64,000 nt of DNA from an uncultured Litoreibacter sp. (GTDB lineage: Bacteria; Pseudomonadota; Alphaproteobacteria; Rhodobacterales; Rhodobacteraceae): the NCBI GenBank assembly GCA_947494645.1, contig CANLVO010000002.1, positions 302,359 to 366,358 on the forward strand, read 5' to 3'. The translations under genes were made by a program, and so were the position numbers. The number at the start of each line of letters is the position of its first letter. The stretch's first letter is position 1. A model generated the notes under the pieces. It saw nothing but the letters and a program-made list of their open reading frames with translations, was not told where the DNA came from and searched no databases. This document shows positions 41,456 through 50,588 of the stretch, in pieces.

Positions 41456-43648
41456 ATGGGCAACGCACATATTCAAATGGATGAGTCCGAGAGTTATCTC
41501 GATGAACTGAAGCCGGGCACGAAGCTGCTGCACGGCCAATATACCATTAACTGTTTCCTTAACTCTGGTGGCTTCGGGATCACATATCTTGCGACCAACA
41601 GCCTTGATCGCAAGGTGGTTATCAAGGAATGCTTCCCGTCATCCTTCTGTCACCGCAGCCGCGCCATCGTTCAGGCACGCTCCGACGCGCATATCAGTGA
41701 GCTGGAAGCCATTGTGGCGCTGTTCATTCAGGAAGCCCGCAGTCTTGCGAAACTGGATCACCCGAATATCGTTGGCGTGCATGAGGTGTTTGAAGAGAAT
41801 CAGACCGCCTACATGGTGCTCGACTTTGTCGAAGGGCGCGACCTTCTGGATACGCTTGATGACCCGGATCACGGCCTGACCGGCTTGCAGGTCCAAGGCA
41901 TTCTGCGCGACGTGCTGGGCGCGGTTCAATATATCCACGACCGCGGCATTCTGCACCGCGATATCTCCCCAGATAACATCTTGCTCGACGCCGATATGCG
42001 CCCGGTTCTGATCGACTTTGGTGCGGCCCGCGAAGAGGCCAGCAAACAGACCCGCGTTCTGTCGGCCCTGCGTGTCGTCAAAGACGGGTACTCCCCGCAA
42101 GAATTCTATGTCCAAGGCAGCCCACAGACGCCATCGAGCGATCTTTATGCGCTGGCCGCCAGCTTCTACCACCTGATCGACGGCGAACTGCCACCCAACA
42201 GCCAGGCCCGTCTGGCCGCGATTGCTGCGGGCGAAAAAGATACATACGAGCCGCTGGTTGACCGGATCAAGGGCTTCGACCGTAAGTTCCTCGCGTCTAT
42301 CGACAAGGCGCTCGCCATCCTTCCCAAGGACCGTCTGCAATCTGCCGACGAATGGGTCGAGATGCTCGACAAATCCCGCCGCCTGTCCCGCGTGCCGACC
42401 CAGAACGCTCCGCTGTCATCGGCAGCGGCTGCGACATTGGAAGCGCAACGCAAGCCGAGCCTGATGCCATTGCTGAGCTCTGTCGCCGCTGTTGCGCTGC
42501 TTGCTGTCGGCGGTCTTTATCTTGCAGGTTACCTGCCTGCAGGTTCGGGTGCTGAGGAAACGGCGCAAGCGCCAATTGAAACACTTGAGCCATCGCCATC
42601 CGTTTTGGAAGCAGCGCCAGAGGCGTTGAGCGTCGAGACAGCCGAGGCCACTCCGGCGATTGAATGGACCGAATTGCAAAGCGTTGATGCCGCCACCCGG
42701 TTCGCCGCCGCTGAGCAGATCAGAAACGCTGAGGCCGCATCTCAGGTCGCCATTGCACAAGCTGAGGCCGAAACTGAAGCGCGTCTCGCAGAAGAGGCCG
42801 CAGCTGCAGAGCTGGCCGCGGCACAGGAAGCTGAAGCCGCCGAATTGGCTGCTGCTGAGGCGGAGGCAGAAGCCGCGCGTCTTGCTGCTGCTGAGGCCGA
42901 AGCTGCTGCAGAAGCACAGCGTCAGGCCGAATTGGCGGAAGCAGAGGCTGCTGCCGAAGCAGAACGCTTGGCCGCCGCAGAAGCGGAAGCCGCAGCTGCC
43001 GCTGAAGCACAGCGGTTGGCTGAAGCGGAAGCCGCAGCCGAAGCAGAACGCCTGGCCGCTGCTGAAGCGGAAGCCGCAGCAGCGGTGCCACAGCTACCCA
43101 TCATGCAATCAAACTGGAGCGTGGAGAAACCCTTCACCACCGGCGCGGATAATACGCGTATTGCAGAGGTGACCGGTGACGGCCCAAACTGGCTTCGCGT
43201 CGGTACAGAGATTGTTGCGGTGAACGGCACCCCGGTGTCGACCATGACCGAGTTTGACGAAGCCCTTCGCGCCAGCGCCACACCCGGTGACGAGATTTCG
43301 CAGCCCATGGAGCTGACAGTGCGCAGCGGCGGTTCCGAGACCACCGTAGAGTGGGAGCCCGCAATCATTCAGGAAACCCAGCTGGCCAACGGCACGACCT
43401 TCATGACCCGCTTTAGCGGCGAGGTCTGGACCACAAGCGTGACGTCCGTCGCGGAGGGCGAGACGGAGCTGCAGGTGGGTGACGAGGTGATTGCCTATAT
43501 GAGCACGTCAGAGCCGATCATCGAACGGGAAACGCTCTCCAGCATTTTCACGCGGGAGCTGCAGAACGGCACTGACGAGTTCAGCTTTGCGGTCTCCCGC
43601 GACGGCTCGATGTGGGTCGCTTCCTTTACCTATAACGGCAACGTTTAG
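41456..43648 (+). CDS. membrane-spanning Hanks-type Ser/Thr protein kinase with Ala/Glu-rich coiled-coil and C-terminal PDZ-like extracytoplasmic region
   Basis: The ATG at 41456 has a GGGTGAGG RBS. Kinase motifs are GGFGITY, VVIKE, HRDISPDNIL and DFGAA. One TM helix (SLMPLLSSVAAVALLAVGGLYLAGYL) is followed by about 365 aa. Confidence 0.85.
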   Translation: MGNAHIQMDESESYLDELKPGTKLLHGQYTINCFLNSGGFGITYLATNSLDRKVVIKECFPSSFCHRSRAIVQARSDAHISELEAIVALFIQEARSLAKLDHPNIVGVHEVFEENQTAYMVLDFVEGRDLLDTLDDPDHGLTGLQVQGILRDVLGAVQYIHDRGILHRDISPDNILLDADMRPVLIDFGAAREEASKQTRVLSALRVVKDGYSPQEFYVQGSPQTPSSDLYALAASFYHLIDGELPPNSQARLAAIAAGEKDTYEPLVDRIKGFDRKFLASIDKALAILPKDRLQSADEWVEMLDKSRRLSRVPTQNAPLSSAAAATLEAQRKPSLMPLLSSVAAVALLAVGGLYLAGYLPAGSGAEETAQAPIETLEPSPSVLEAAPEALSVETAEATPAIEWTELQSVDAATRFAAAEQIRNAEAASQVAIAQAEAETEARLAEEAAAAELAAAQEAEAAELAAAEAEAEAARLAAAEAEAAAEAQRQAELAEAEAAAEAERLAAAEAEAAAAAEAQRLAEAEAAAEAERLAAAEAEAAAAVPQLPIMQSNWSVEKPFTTGADNTRIAEVTGDGPNWLRVGTEIVAVNGTPVSTMTEFDEALRASATPGDEISQPMELTVRSGGSETTVEWEPAIIQETQLANGTTFMTRFSGEVWTTSVTSVAEGETELQVGDEVIAYMSTSEPIIERETLSSIFTRELQNGTDEFSFAVSRDGSMWVASFTYNGNV
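42953..43080 (+). repeat. in-frame 84-bp-period tandem repeat inside the kinase gene (Ala/Glu-rich)
   Basis: A 44-nt block, gccgaagcagaacgcYtggccgcYgcWgaagcggaagccgcagc, occurs at 42953-42996 and again at 43037-43080 with 3 mismatches. The surrounding 42.72-43.09 kb is degenerate GCN/GAR repeat encoding AEAEAAAEAERLAAAEAEAAAA. Confidence 0.8.
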
Positions 43649-43684
43649 CGCCAGCGCGCGCCCAAGACACGCAGAGGCAGGACA

Positions 43685-44536
43685 ATGAAATACATCCGCG
43701 ATCTACTTTCTCGCAAATCTGGTGGGGCGACCAAGCCCGATCCGGTTGAGCCAACCCCGGTTGATCTGGCGCCCCATGAGGAGCTGCCGCAAGATACCGG
43801 CCCCGTCATGCTGAGCGCCAAAGAACTGCGCGCCCAAGAGGCCGAGAGAGAGCGCAAATTTGCAGAAGTTGAAGCCGCTGCATTGGCCCAAGCCGCCGAA
43901 GAGGAGGCAAAAGCCGCCGCAGATATCCTAGAGAAAATCAACGCCAGCGTCGTCGAAGAAGCTGCCACGCCCGCAGCCCCAGTGAACATCTGGGACATCG
44001 AAGATGATGAGACCGAGGTGGCCGAAGCGCCTGAGCCCGCACCAACGCCGCGCCGTCGTCGCAACCAGACCCGTGTTCTGGGCTTTGACAATGCCGAAGG
44101 CGACGTCGTCTCGATGTTTGACAAGGCAGAGAAGACCAGCGGTGCTGTGCGTGCCAAATTCCCTGTCGGCTGGATGCTTGTGGTAGAGGGTCCGGGTCGC
44201 GGTGAATGTTTCGCGCTCGAGGCCGGGATGTCGCAAATTGGCCGTGGTGATGACCAGGCCATCAAGCTGGATTTTGGCGACAATTCGATTTCCCGAGTAA
44301 ACCATGCCGCGGTTGTCTATGACCCTGAGACCCACAACTTTATGCTGGGCCACGGCGGCAAGAAGAACATTGTTCGTCTGAACGGTGCGCCTGTCATCTC
44401 GAACGAGACGCTGAGCACCGGCGATCGGATCAAGCTGGGTGAAACGACGCTCCACTTCGTTGCCTTGTGCACTGAGGAGTTCAACTGGAACGACGATTCC
44501 AACCCGGAGGAGAGCGAAGATGTGGCGATCGCCTGA
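43685..44536 (+). CDS. FHA-domain protein
   Basis: 283 aa ORF with an acidic, Ala-rich disordered N-terminal half. The C-terminal FHA pattern is IGRGDDQAIKLDFGDNSISRVNHAAVVYD...NIVRLNG...L..GD.I.LGET.L.F. Confidence 0.85.
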   Translation: MKYIRDLLSRKSGGATKPDPVEPTPVDLAPHEELPQDTGPVMLSAKELRAQEAERERKFAEVEAAALAQAAEEEAKAAADILEKINASVVEEAATPAAPVNIWDIEDDETEVAEAPEPAPTPRRRRNQTRVLGFDNAEGDVVSMFDKAEKTSGAVRAKFPVGWMLVVEGPGRGECFALEAGMSQIGRGDDQAIKLDFGDNSISRVNHAAVVYDPETHNFMLGHGGKKNIVRLNGAPVISNETLSTGDRIKLGETTLHFVALCTEEFNWNDDSNPEESEDVAIA

Positions 44537-45488
44537 ACCAAGATTTGACGTCGCCTCCGCCATTTGCCAGGGCGGGCGCGATTACCAAGAAGACGCCATC
44601 ATCACCGATTTCCCGTTTGGAACCGACACCGGCATGGTTGTGCTGGCTGATGGCATGGGCGGCCATGCTGCCGGCGATGTCGCCTCGAAGATCGTGGTGA
44701 CGGAGGTTTTCTCGGAGCTGAAGTTCCAGAGCGCCAACTTTGTGCAGCAGGAAAAGAAGATCCCCAGCCTAATGGCCAATGCCGCCTCGCAGGCCAATCT
44801 CGCGGTGAGCGAGCACGTGTCCCATAACCCTGCCGTGCGTGGCATGGGGGCCACTTTGGTCTCATTGGTCTTGGTCGAAAACCGGATGTTCTGGATGTCG
44901 ATTGGCGACAGCCCGCTTTATCATTTCCGGTCCGGCAAAATGAAACAGCTGAACGAAGACCATTCGATGGCGCCGCAGATCGACTTCATGGCCAAGCAGG
45001 GCCTTTTGGACGCCGAAGCCGCCAAGAACCACCCGGATCGCAACGCGCTGACTTCCGTCATTCTGGGCGGGCGTGTGGCCAAGTCAGATTGCCCCGGCAC
45101 ACCGTTCGAGGTGCAGGTTGGCGATATCATCGTGGTGTCGAGCGACGGGCTGCAATATCTGGAAGAGGCGAAAATTCAGCAGATCCTGCATCGCTACCGT
45201 CGTCGCAAGAGCGCCGAGATTGCTGGCCACCTGCTTGCCGCCATCGAGACACTCGCGGACCCGGATCAGGACAACGTATCGCTGGCGGTCATCAAACTGA
45301 ACCACAACAAACCGATGGAACGTGCTATCGCGCCGAAGCCTGTCGACGCCGCGGACCATAGCGCCGCCAACTCGACCCGCGTGGTCAATCTTGATGAGGT
45401 CAAGAAAGATCAAACAGATCGCGTATCGGCGGAGACGTCCCAAGCTGACGGATCGCCCTCCAAAGTGGCGGCTGGCTCGTCAAGATGA
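44520..45488 (+). CDS. PP2C-family Ser/Thr phosphatase
   Basis: The ATG at 44520 has a GGAGGA RBS and overlaps the FHA gene by 17 nt. PP2C motifs are RDYQEDA, VLADGMGGHAAGDVAS and VVSSDGL. Confidence 0.85.
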   Translation: MWRSPEPRFDVASAICQGGRDYQEDAIITDFPFGTDTGMVVLADGMGGHAAGDVASKIVVTEVFSELKFQSANFVQQEKKIPSLMANAASQANLAVSEHVSHNPAVRGMGATLVSLVLVENRMFWMSIGDSPLYHFRSGKMKQLNEDHSMAPQIDFMAKQGLLDAEAAKNHPDRNALTSVILGGRVAKSDCPGTPFEVQVGDIIVVSSDGLQYLEEAKIQQILHRYRRRKSAEIAGHLLAAIETLADPDQDNVSLAVIKLNHNKPMERAIAPKPVDAADHSAANSTRVVNLDEVKKDQTDRVSAETSQADGSPSKVAAGSSR

Positions 45489-46720
45489 TGGACCAAGCTG
45501 ATAGCCGCGACGGTGTCAGTGAACTTCGCAGCGCCATCGCGCATGCTGGCCTGAGCGAGCCGCTCAAAGCCCGTGCACAAGCCATTCTGGAGCAGATCGA
45601 ACGCCCCGTGCGGCTGGCCTTGTTTGGCCTGCCGGGGAGCGGAAAATCCCAGATCCTCAACTTTCTGGCGGGCGCTGATGTGCTGCCAAAGGACACGCCG
45701 CTTCCAACCCTGCAGTTGAGCTATGGAGCAGAAGCCGTCGCCGAATGCACGCTTCCTGATGGGACTGTTCAGATCTTGCCGATGGACGACATGCAGGCAA
45801 TTTCAGCGCTCAAGCCCGCTTTTATCAACGCCAAGATGCCGCTTCCTGCGCTGAGAAAGATCTCTATTCTCGAGGTCCGCGCTGGTGCCTCCCCGACGGA
45901 GCAGAAACGCGCCATGGGATGGGCCTCCAAGCGAAGCGATGTCGCCCTTTGGTGCACCAAGGGCCCGTTCGGGCGCGATGAACATGCCCTTTGGGTACAG
46001 ATGCCCGCAGCCTTGCAAGACCACGCCTTCCTGATCATGACCCATGCGGACAAGCCCTCCGTCGAAGAGGCCTATCCGGGCCGAGCGGAACATGCTGAGC
46101 GTACGATGCGGGATCACTTCCAGAAGGTTTTGCCGATTGGGACGCAAAAAGCGATCTCTGCCCGCAACAAAGATGGCACGGTCGATAAAGAGACACTGCG
46201 TGGCTCTGGCGGCATGGCGCTGATCGCGGCAATCCTGCGGGTGGTAGAAGCCGGGCAGCAGGGCGCGCGCGACCAGGCGGATGTCTTCCTTCGTCAGATC
46301 GAGTTCACCCCGCCCCAACAAACGCCAACCGCCCCACCGCCGCCGGAACCGCCCAAGGTTGAGGCCACCCAAGAGCCGCAATCCACAACACTTGGAGCGG
46401 CGTCTCGGGAGGCGTGCGAACAGGCGGTCGCCCAACTGACCGCCGAAGGCACGATGATGGCGGAGGCACTGGGCAGCGTCGGTTTGGATGATGCGGAGGT
46501 TGTGGACATCTGCGTCGACACCGTTGTCTGGCTTGCCGACTTTCTGGCAGAGAGCGGTGAACCCGGTGATCAGGCCATGTCGAAGCTTCGCGCAACGGCC
46601 GTGGATGCCGCCGATTTGGTACAGTTGATCCAGCTTGAAACCAGCGAAACCGTCGCCAGCGACAGCGTCAGTATCATGGTTCAGGTGAAGCAGGAAATGC
46701 AGCAAACACTGGCGGCTTAG
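45485..46720 (+). CDS. short dynamin-like P-loop GTPase paralog with degenerate G3 motif
   Basis: ATGA overlap with the PP2C stop. G1 is GLPGSGKS and G4-like is THAD. It is collinear with the 49060 paralog (..LWCT.....E..W..P......L.T..DK). EVRAG replaces DFPG. A Pro/Thr-rich linker, FTPPQQTPTAPPPPEPP, is present. Confidence 0.6.
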   Translation: MMDQADSRDGVSELRSAIAHAGLSEPLKARAQAILEQIERPVRLALFGLPGSGKSQILNFLAGADVLPKDTPLPTLQLSYGAEAVAECTLPDGTVQILPMDDMQAISALKPAFINAKMPLPALRKISILEVRAGASPTEQKRAMGWASKRSDVALWCTKGPFGRDEHALWVQMPAALQDHAFLIMTHADKPSVEEAYPGRAEHAERTMRDHFQKVLPIGTQKAISARNKDGTVDKETLRGSGGMALIAAILRVVEAGQQGARDQADVFLRQIEFTPPQQTPTAPPPPEPPKVEATQEPQSTTLGAASREACEQAVAQLTAEGTMMAEALGSVGLDDAEVVDICVDTVVWLADFLAESGEPGDQAMSKLRATAVDAADLVQLIQLETSETVASDSVSIMVQVKQEMQQTLAA

Positions 46721-46888
46721 CACCTCGTTGCGCCTTGGTTTCCAATAAATATCAAAATGTCGCCGCATTATTGTCGCGTTGGAGGAGCCATTATCCTCTG
46801 GACCAGAACAATCTCGGCTTCTGCGCTGCACTTTGCCGACATGTACGAAACGTAACCTAGAAAGACCTTGTTTGAGGGTGGTGATTTT

Positions 46889-49063
46889 ATGATCGAAGAT
46901 GTTCAGGCAGACGCCTCAGAAAGCGTGGATGCCAACCCGACCCCTCAGCAGCCTGCCCTGACCCCGGCTTTTGCCAAACACGGTCTGGAGCAGATGGACG
47001 GCTTTGCCGAAAGCATGCACAACCTAGAAGAGGCGCTGCTCGACATTGAAAGCTTCGGTGGTCGCGAGGCCGAGAAGAAGGCCGAAACCCTCATCCAATC
47101 CGCACATGAGTTCGAACCCTCGATTACCATGATCGGGCAGATCAAGTCGGGGAAGACCTCCTTGGTCAACGCCATGGCCGGACGGCCAGAGCTGCTTCCT
47201 GCTGATGTGAACCCTTGGACTTCCGTCGTGACGTCGCTGCACCTCAACAGCTTGCGCAAGTCGGATGACCCTGTCGCGTCCTTCCGGTTCTTTGACCAGG
47301 GCGAGTGGGACTTCCTTGTGGAAAACGGTGGCCGCATTGGCGAATTGTCCAGCCGCGCCGGCGCTGATGACGAGCTGGTAAAGGTCCGCGAACAAATCGC
47401 TGAGATGCGGGAAAAGACGAAAACCCGCCTTGGCAAGAAGTTCGAACTGCTTCTGGGTCAAACCCATAATTACCGCCACCTCGATGAAGAGCTGATGCAG
47501 CGCTACGTCTGCATGGGTGACGATTTTGGCGACCCTGAGATGCTGGATGCCCAAGGGCAGTTTGCCGACATCACGAAATCGGCTGACCTGTATCTTGATG
47601 CGCCATCCATCCCGATGCCGCTGTGCATCCGCGACACGCCCGGCGTGAACGACACGTTCATGATGCGAGAGCAGATCACGATCAATGCGCTGCGTGGCAG
47701 CCGGATCTGTGTGGTCGTGCTGTCTGCCAACCAAGCACTGAGCTCGATGGATATGGGCTTGATCCGACTGATCGCCAATATCGATTCCCGCGAAGTTGTG
47801 GTCTTCGTCAACCGCATCGACGAGCTGCCAAACCCGGCGGAACAGATTGACGAAATTCGCGAATCCATCCTCAAGACGCTGGCCGACAATAACGGCCCAA
47901 GCGGGCTGCATCTGGTCTTTGGATCCGCCTATTGGGCGAACATGGCATTGCAGGAAACGATCGACGATCTGGTCCCTGATAGCGCCGCGTCACTTGCAAA
48001 CTACGCAAAAACCAAGCTGGCGGATGGGGCAGATATCACCCCTGCCGACGTCTGGGATATGTCTGGCCTGCCCGCCCTGTTTGACGCCATTTCCGAGCGG
48101 ATCAATGTGGGCGAAGGCGCGCAGGTGATCACTGGCTTGCGCAAACGTGCGCTGAACCATCTGCACGGCTTGAAAGCATCGAGTAATATCGTGTCGATGC
48201 GGATCGAGAACCAAGACCTGAAGATGATGGACCCGGCCGTTTTGGCCGAACGTCTTGACGAGATTGAAGACCGCAACATGGCCGCGTTGGACACGGCGCT
48301 GAAGCCGTTGTTCGAAAATTACACAGCGCGGATCGATCAGGCCCATAAACGGTTCCTGGATCGTGCTCTGGAGTCGCTGCTTCAGCATCTCGAGAAGCAT
48401 GGCGACAAAGAGCTTTGGCAGTACTCCCCTGAAGGGCTGCGCATGCTGTTGCGCTCGAGCTACCACTCGATGTGCAAGAAGACCGCCAATACCTGCGTTC
48501 AAGCGTTGAGCACCGCCGCCGACGATCTGTCTTCGACCTATTGCGATCTTTTGTCGATCGAGGTGGAAGGGTTCTCTGTTTCTGCGCCGGAAGCGCCAAG
48601 CTTCCCGCCACCGGTGGCATTGGGTCAGACCATCGCGCTGGATCTGCAAAGCTCATGGTGGAAAGGCTGGTGGCAACGCCGCAAGGGCTACCGTGCCTAT
48701 GCCGACAGCTTTTACGAGCTGATCGAGGCCGAAACCGCGCCGATCCTCAACGACATGAAAAGCGTGCAGGTCGACGAAATTCGTCGCATTGCGATGGCAC
48801 AGCTGCAGGACTTCCTGCTGGAGCAAGGCGGCATCCTGACCGATGTCAGCAACAAGTCGCAAATCTCGGTTGGCGAGCTGAAAGGCTTGTTTGGCATCAC
48901 CGCGCAGGAAGAGCGCGAAGCAATTTTTGACGTCCTGTTCGACGAATTTGCCGTGGATGACGAGACCCCGGACGGGCCTGAGCCCGATAGCGGACCTGCG
49001 CGTCCGACCCGGCCAACGCGTCCACAATCGACAGGATCATTCAACAAAGGAGAGGCGGCATGA
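46889..49063 (+). CDS. dynamin-family large GTPase (bacterial dynamin-like protein)
   Basis: The ATG at 46889 follows GAGGGTGGTGA. G1 is GQIKSGKTS, G3 is DTPGVND and G4 is NRID. A long helical stalk of about 450 aa contains the Trp/Arg-rich motif SSWWKGWWQRRKG. Confidence 0.75.
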   Translation: MIEDVQADASESVDANPTPQQPALTPAFAKHGLEQMDGFAESMHNLEEALLDIESFGGREAEKKAETLIQSAHEFEPSITMIGQIKSGKTSLVNAMAGRPELLPADVNPWTSVVTSLHLNSLRKSDDPVASFRFFDQGEWDFLVENGGRIGELSSRAGADDELVKVREQIAEMREKTKTRLGKKFELLLGQTHNYRHLDEELMQRYVCMGDDFGDPEMLDAQGQFADITKSADLYLDAPSIPMPLCIRDTPGVNDTFMMREQITINALRGSRICVVVLSANQALSSMDMGLIRLIANIDSREVVVFVNRIDELPNPAEQIDEIRESILKTLADNNGPSGLHLVFGSAYWANMALQETIDDLVPDSAASLANYAKTKLADGADITPADVWDMSGLPALFDAISERINVGEGAQVITGLRKRALNHLHGLKASSNIVSMRIENQDLKMMDPAVLAERLDEIEDRNMAALDTALKPLFENYTARIDQAHKRFLDRALESLLQHLEKHGDKELWQYSPEGLRMLLRSSYHSMCKKTANTCVQALSTAADDLSSTYCDLLSIEVEGFSVSAPEAPSFPPPVALGQTIALDLQSSWWKGWWQRRKGYRAYADSFYELIEAETAPILNDMKSVQVDEIRRIAMAQLQDFLLEQGGILTDVSNKSQISVGELKGLFGITAQEEREAIFDVLFDEFAVDDETPDGPEPDSGPARPTRPTRPQSTGSFNKGEAA

Positions 49064-50175
49064 GCGCCACCACCCGCAAGCCCCGCATTGCCCTGATGGG
49101 CGAGTTCAGCGCCGGGAAAAGCACGCTTTCAAACCTCTTGCTGGGTGCACGCCCCCTGCCTGAGAAGGTGACGGCCACGCGTCTGTCTCCGGTCTGGATG
49201 TCAGAAGGCACCGATGACCCTTACCGCATCGACATTGACGGCACCCAAGAGTCCGTCTCGCTGGATGCGCTTGAAGGTATTTCAGTCGAGGAAACCCGCG
49301 TGATCCGGCTGTTCTTCGAAGCCGACATTCTGGGCGCATGTGATCTGATCGACTTCCCGGGCATTTCTGACCCGAACATGTCTGCCGAGGTGTGGCAGCG
49401 CATGTTGGATGAGGTGGATGCGGTTTTGTGGTGCACCCACGCAACCCAAGCCTGGCGTCAGTCCGAGGCTGCCGTTTGGGACACTATCCCAGAGGCCGTC
49501 CGCGAGAAATCCATCCTGCTGGTCACCCGTTTTGACAAGCTCACCACGGAGCGCGACAGGTACCGCGTGATGGCCCGGCTGAACAAAGAGACACAAGGCC
49601 TGTTCGGGGCGACGTTCCCGATCTCTCTGACCCAAGCTTTGGCCGCGGGCGACGACAGCGAAGCGTTTGAAGCCAGTGGCGGCGGCGCATTCCTTGAGCA
49701 CTTCATCAGCATGATTGAAGAGCTGAGCAAGACCGTCGAGCATTCGTCGAAATCCCTTTTTGCAACAACCACCGCCAGCAGTGTGTTGGTTGCACCGAAC
49801 GAGCCTGTCTCTTTGGACGATGAACCAGAGGTCGACGCAGATATCGACGTTGCGACTCCGGAGCCCGCGATGGCGGAGCTTCGCTCGGTTCCTGATGAGC
49901 CAACGGACATCGGACAGCCGGAAGAGGTTGCACCACAAGCTGAGCCAGCACCGGAGCAATCCGACGACGAACTTCGTGTCATCCCACGTCGCATTCAACA
50001 TGCGTCCGGCGCACGTTCTGAACGCCCCTCCCGCCCGCAGACAAAAGAGCAGGTGATGGAAATGATGCGTGCAAGCCGGCCGGTGCCCAAGCCGACCGCA
50101 TCGAATGAGAGCCTCAACTCCATTTTCCACAGCAAGGGGTCCGCGGCTGCTGAAGATGAGGCCACCTCAATTTAA
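49060..50175 (+). CDS. short dynamin-like GTPase paralog
   Basis: ATGA overlap with the preceding gene and an AAAGGAGAGG RBS. G1 is GEFSAGKST, G3 is DFPGISD and G4-like is TRFD. The C-terminal 120 aa or so are acidic and Pro/Ser/Thr-rich (disordered). Confidence 0.7.
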   Translation: MSATTRKPRIALMGEFSAGKSTLSNLLLGARPLPEKVTATRLSPVWMSEGTDDPYRIDIDGTQESVSLDALEGISVEETRVIRLFFEADILGACDLIDFPGISDPNMSAEVWQRMLDEVDAVLWCTHATQAWRQSEAAVWDTIPEAVREKSILLVTRFDKLTTERDRYRVMARLNKETQGLFGATFPISLTQALAAGDDSEAFEASGGGAFLEHFISMIEELSKTVEHSSKSLFATTTASSVLVAPNEPVSLDDEPEVDADIDVATPEPAMAELRSVPDEPTDIGQPEEVAPQAEPAPEQSDDELRVIPRRIQHASGARSERPSRPQTKEQVMEMMRASRPVPKPTASNESLNSIFHSKGSAAAEDEATSI

Positions 50176-50252
50176 CGTGCTATGATTGATCTTCCAAAAA
50201 GCCGCCACTTGGATTACCCAGTGGGGACGGCCTCTTTTGGTATGGGATCACG

Positions 50253-50588
50253 ATGGTTCAAGACGCTCTGAACGCAGTGTGCGATGATATCGAAGGATGC
50301 GAATCCCTCGCCTTTGTCGACTTGTCGACGCGCATGGTGCTGGTGTCGAACGCTTCCACCCGCGAAAGCCAGGACACGCTGAACACGCTGTGCGCGGAAG
50401 CCGCGCTGCTGCTGGAAACGGGCCAGATCGCGATGGCTGCCAGCTCGGATCACGTGCACCTCTTTATGCGCTCTCCAACAGAGCCTTCGGACGCTTTGTG
50501 CTGCATCTGCGCGCCCGGCACGAATTTTTCGGCTCTCGTCCCCGCAGCGCAAGCTTGTCTTTCCACAATCAGCGGTGACGGTTCATGA
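50253..50588 (+). CDS. small protein, possibly Roadblock/LC7 (MglB-like) fold
   Basis: 111 aa ORF. The pattern IEGCESLAFVDLSTRMVLVSNA....LCAEAALLL......MAASSDHVHLFM resembles the Roadblock/LC7 alpha-beta-alpha core. The call rests on pattern recognition only. Confidence 0.35.
   Translation: MVQDALNAVCDDIEGCESLAFVDLSTRMVLVSNASTRESQDTLNTLCAEAALLLETGQIAMAASSDHVHLFMRSPTEPSDALCCICAPGTNFSALVPAAQACLSTISGDGS

Noticed and set aside
42720-43090. Repetitive DNA as a CRISPR array or intergenic tandem repeat.
   Set aside because: The repeats are in frame inside a long ORF, have no unique spacers, and encode Ala/Glu low-complexity protein.
41456-45488. Kinase/FHA/PP2C as the threonine-phosphorylation switch of a type VI secretion system.
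   Set aside because: No T6SS core genes (tssA-M, hcp, vgrG, clpV) occur anywhere in the window. The triad is instead operonic with GTPase genes.
46757-46855. 32-codon ORF (MSPHYCRVGGAIILWTRTISASALHFADMYET) in the gap between the first GTPase and the dynamin gene.
   Set aside because: It has no RBS and atypical composition. The gap is more plausibly an internal promoter or leader.
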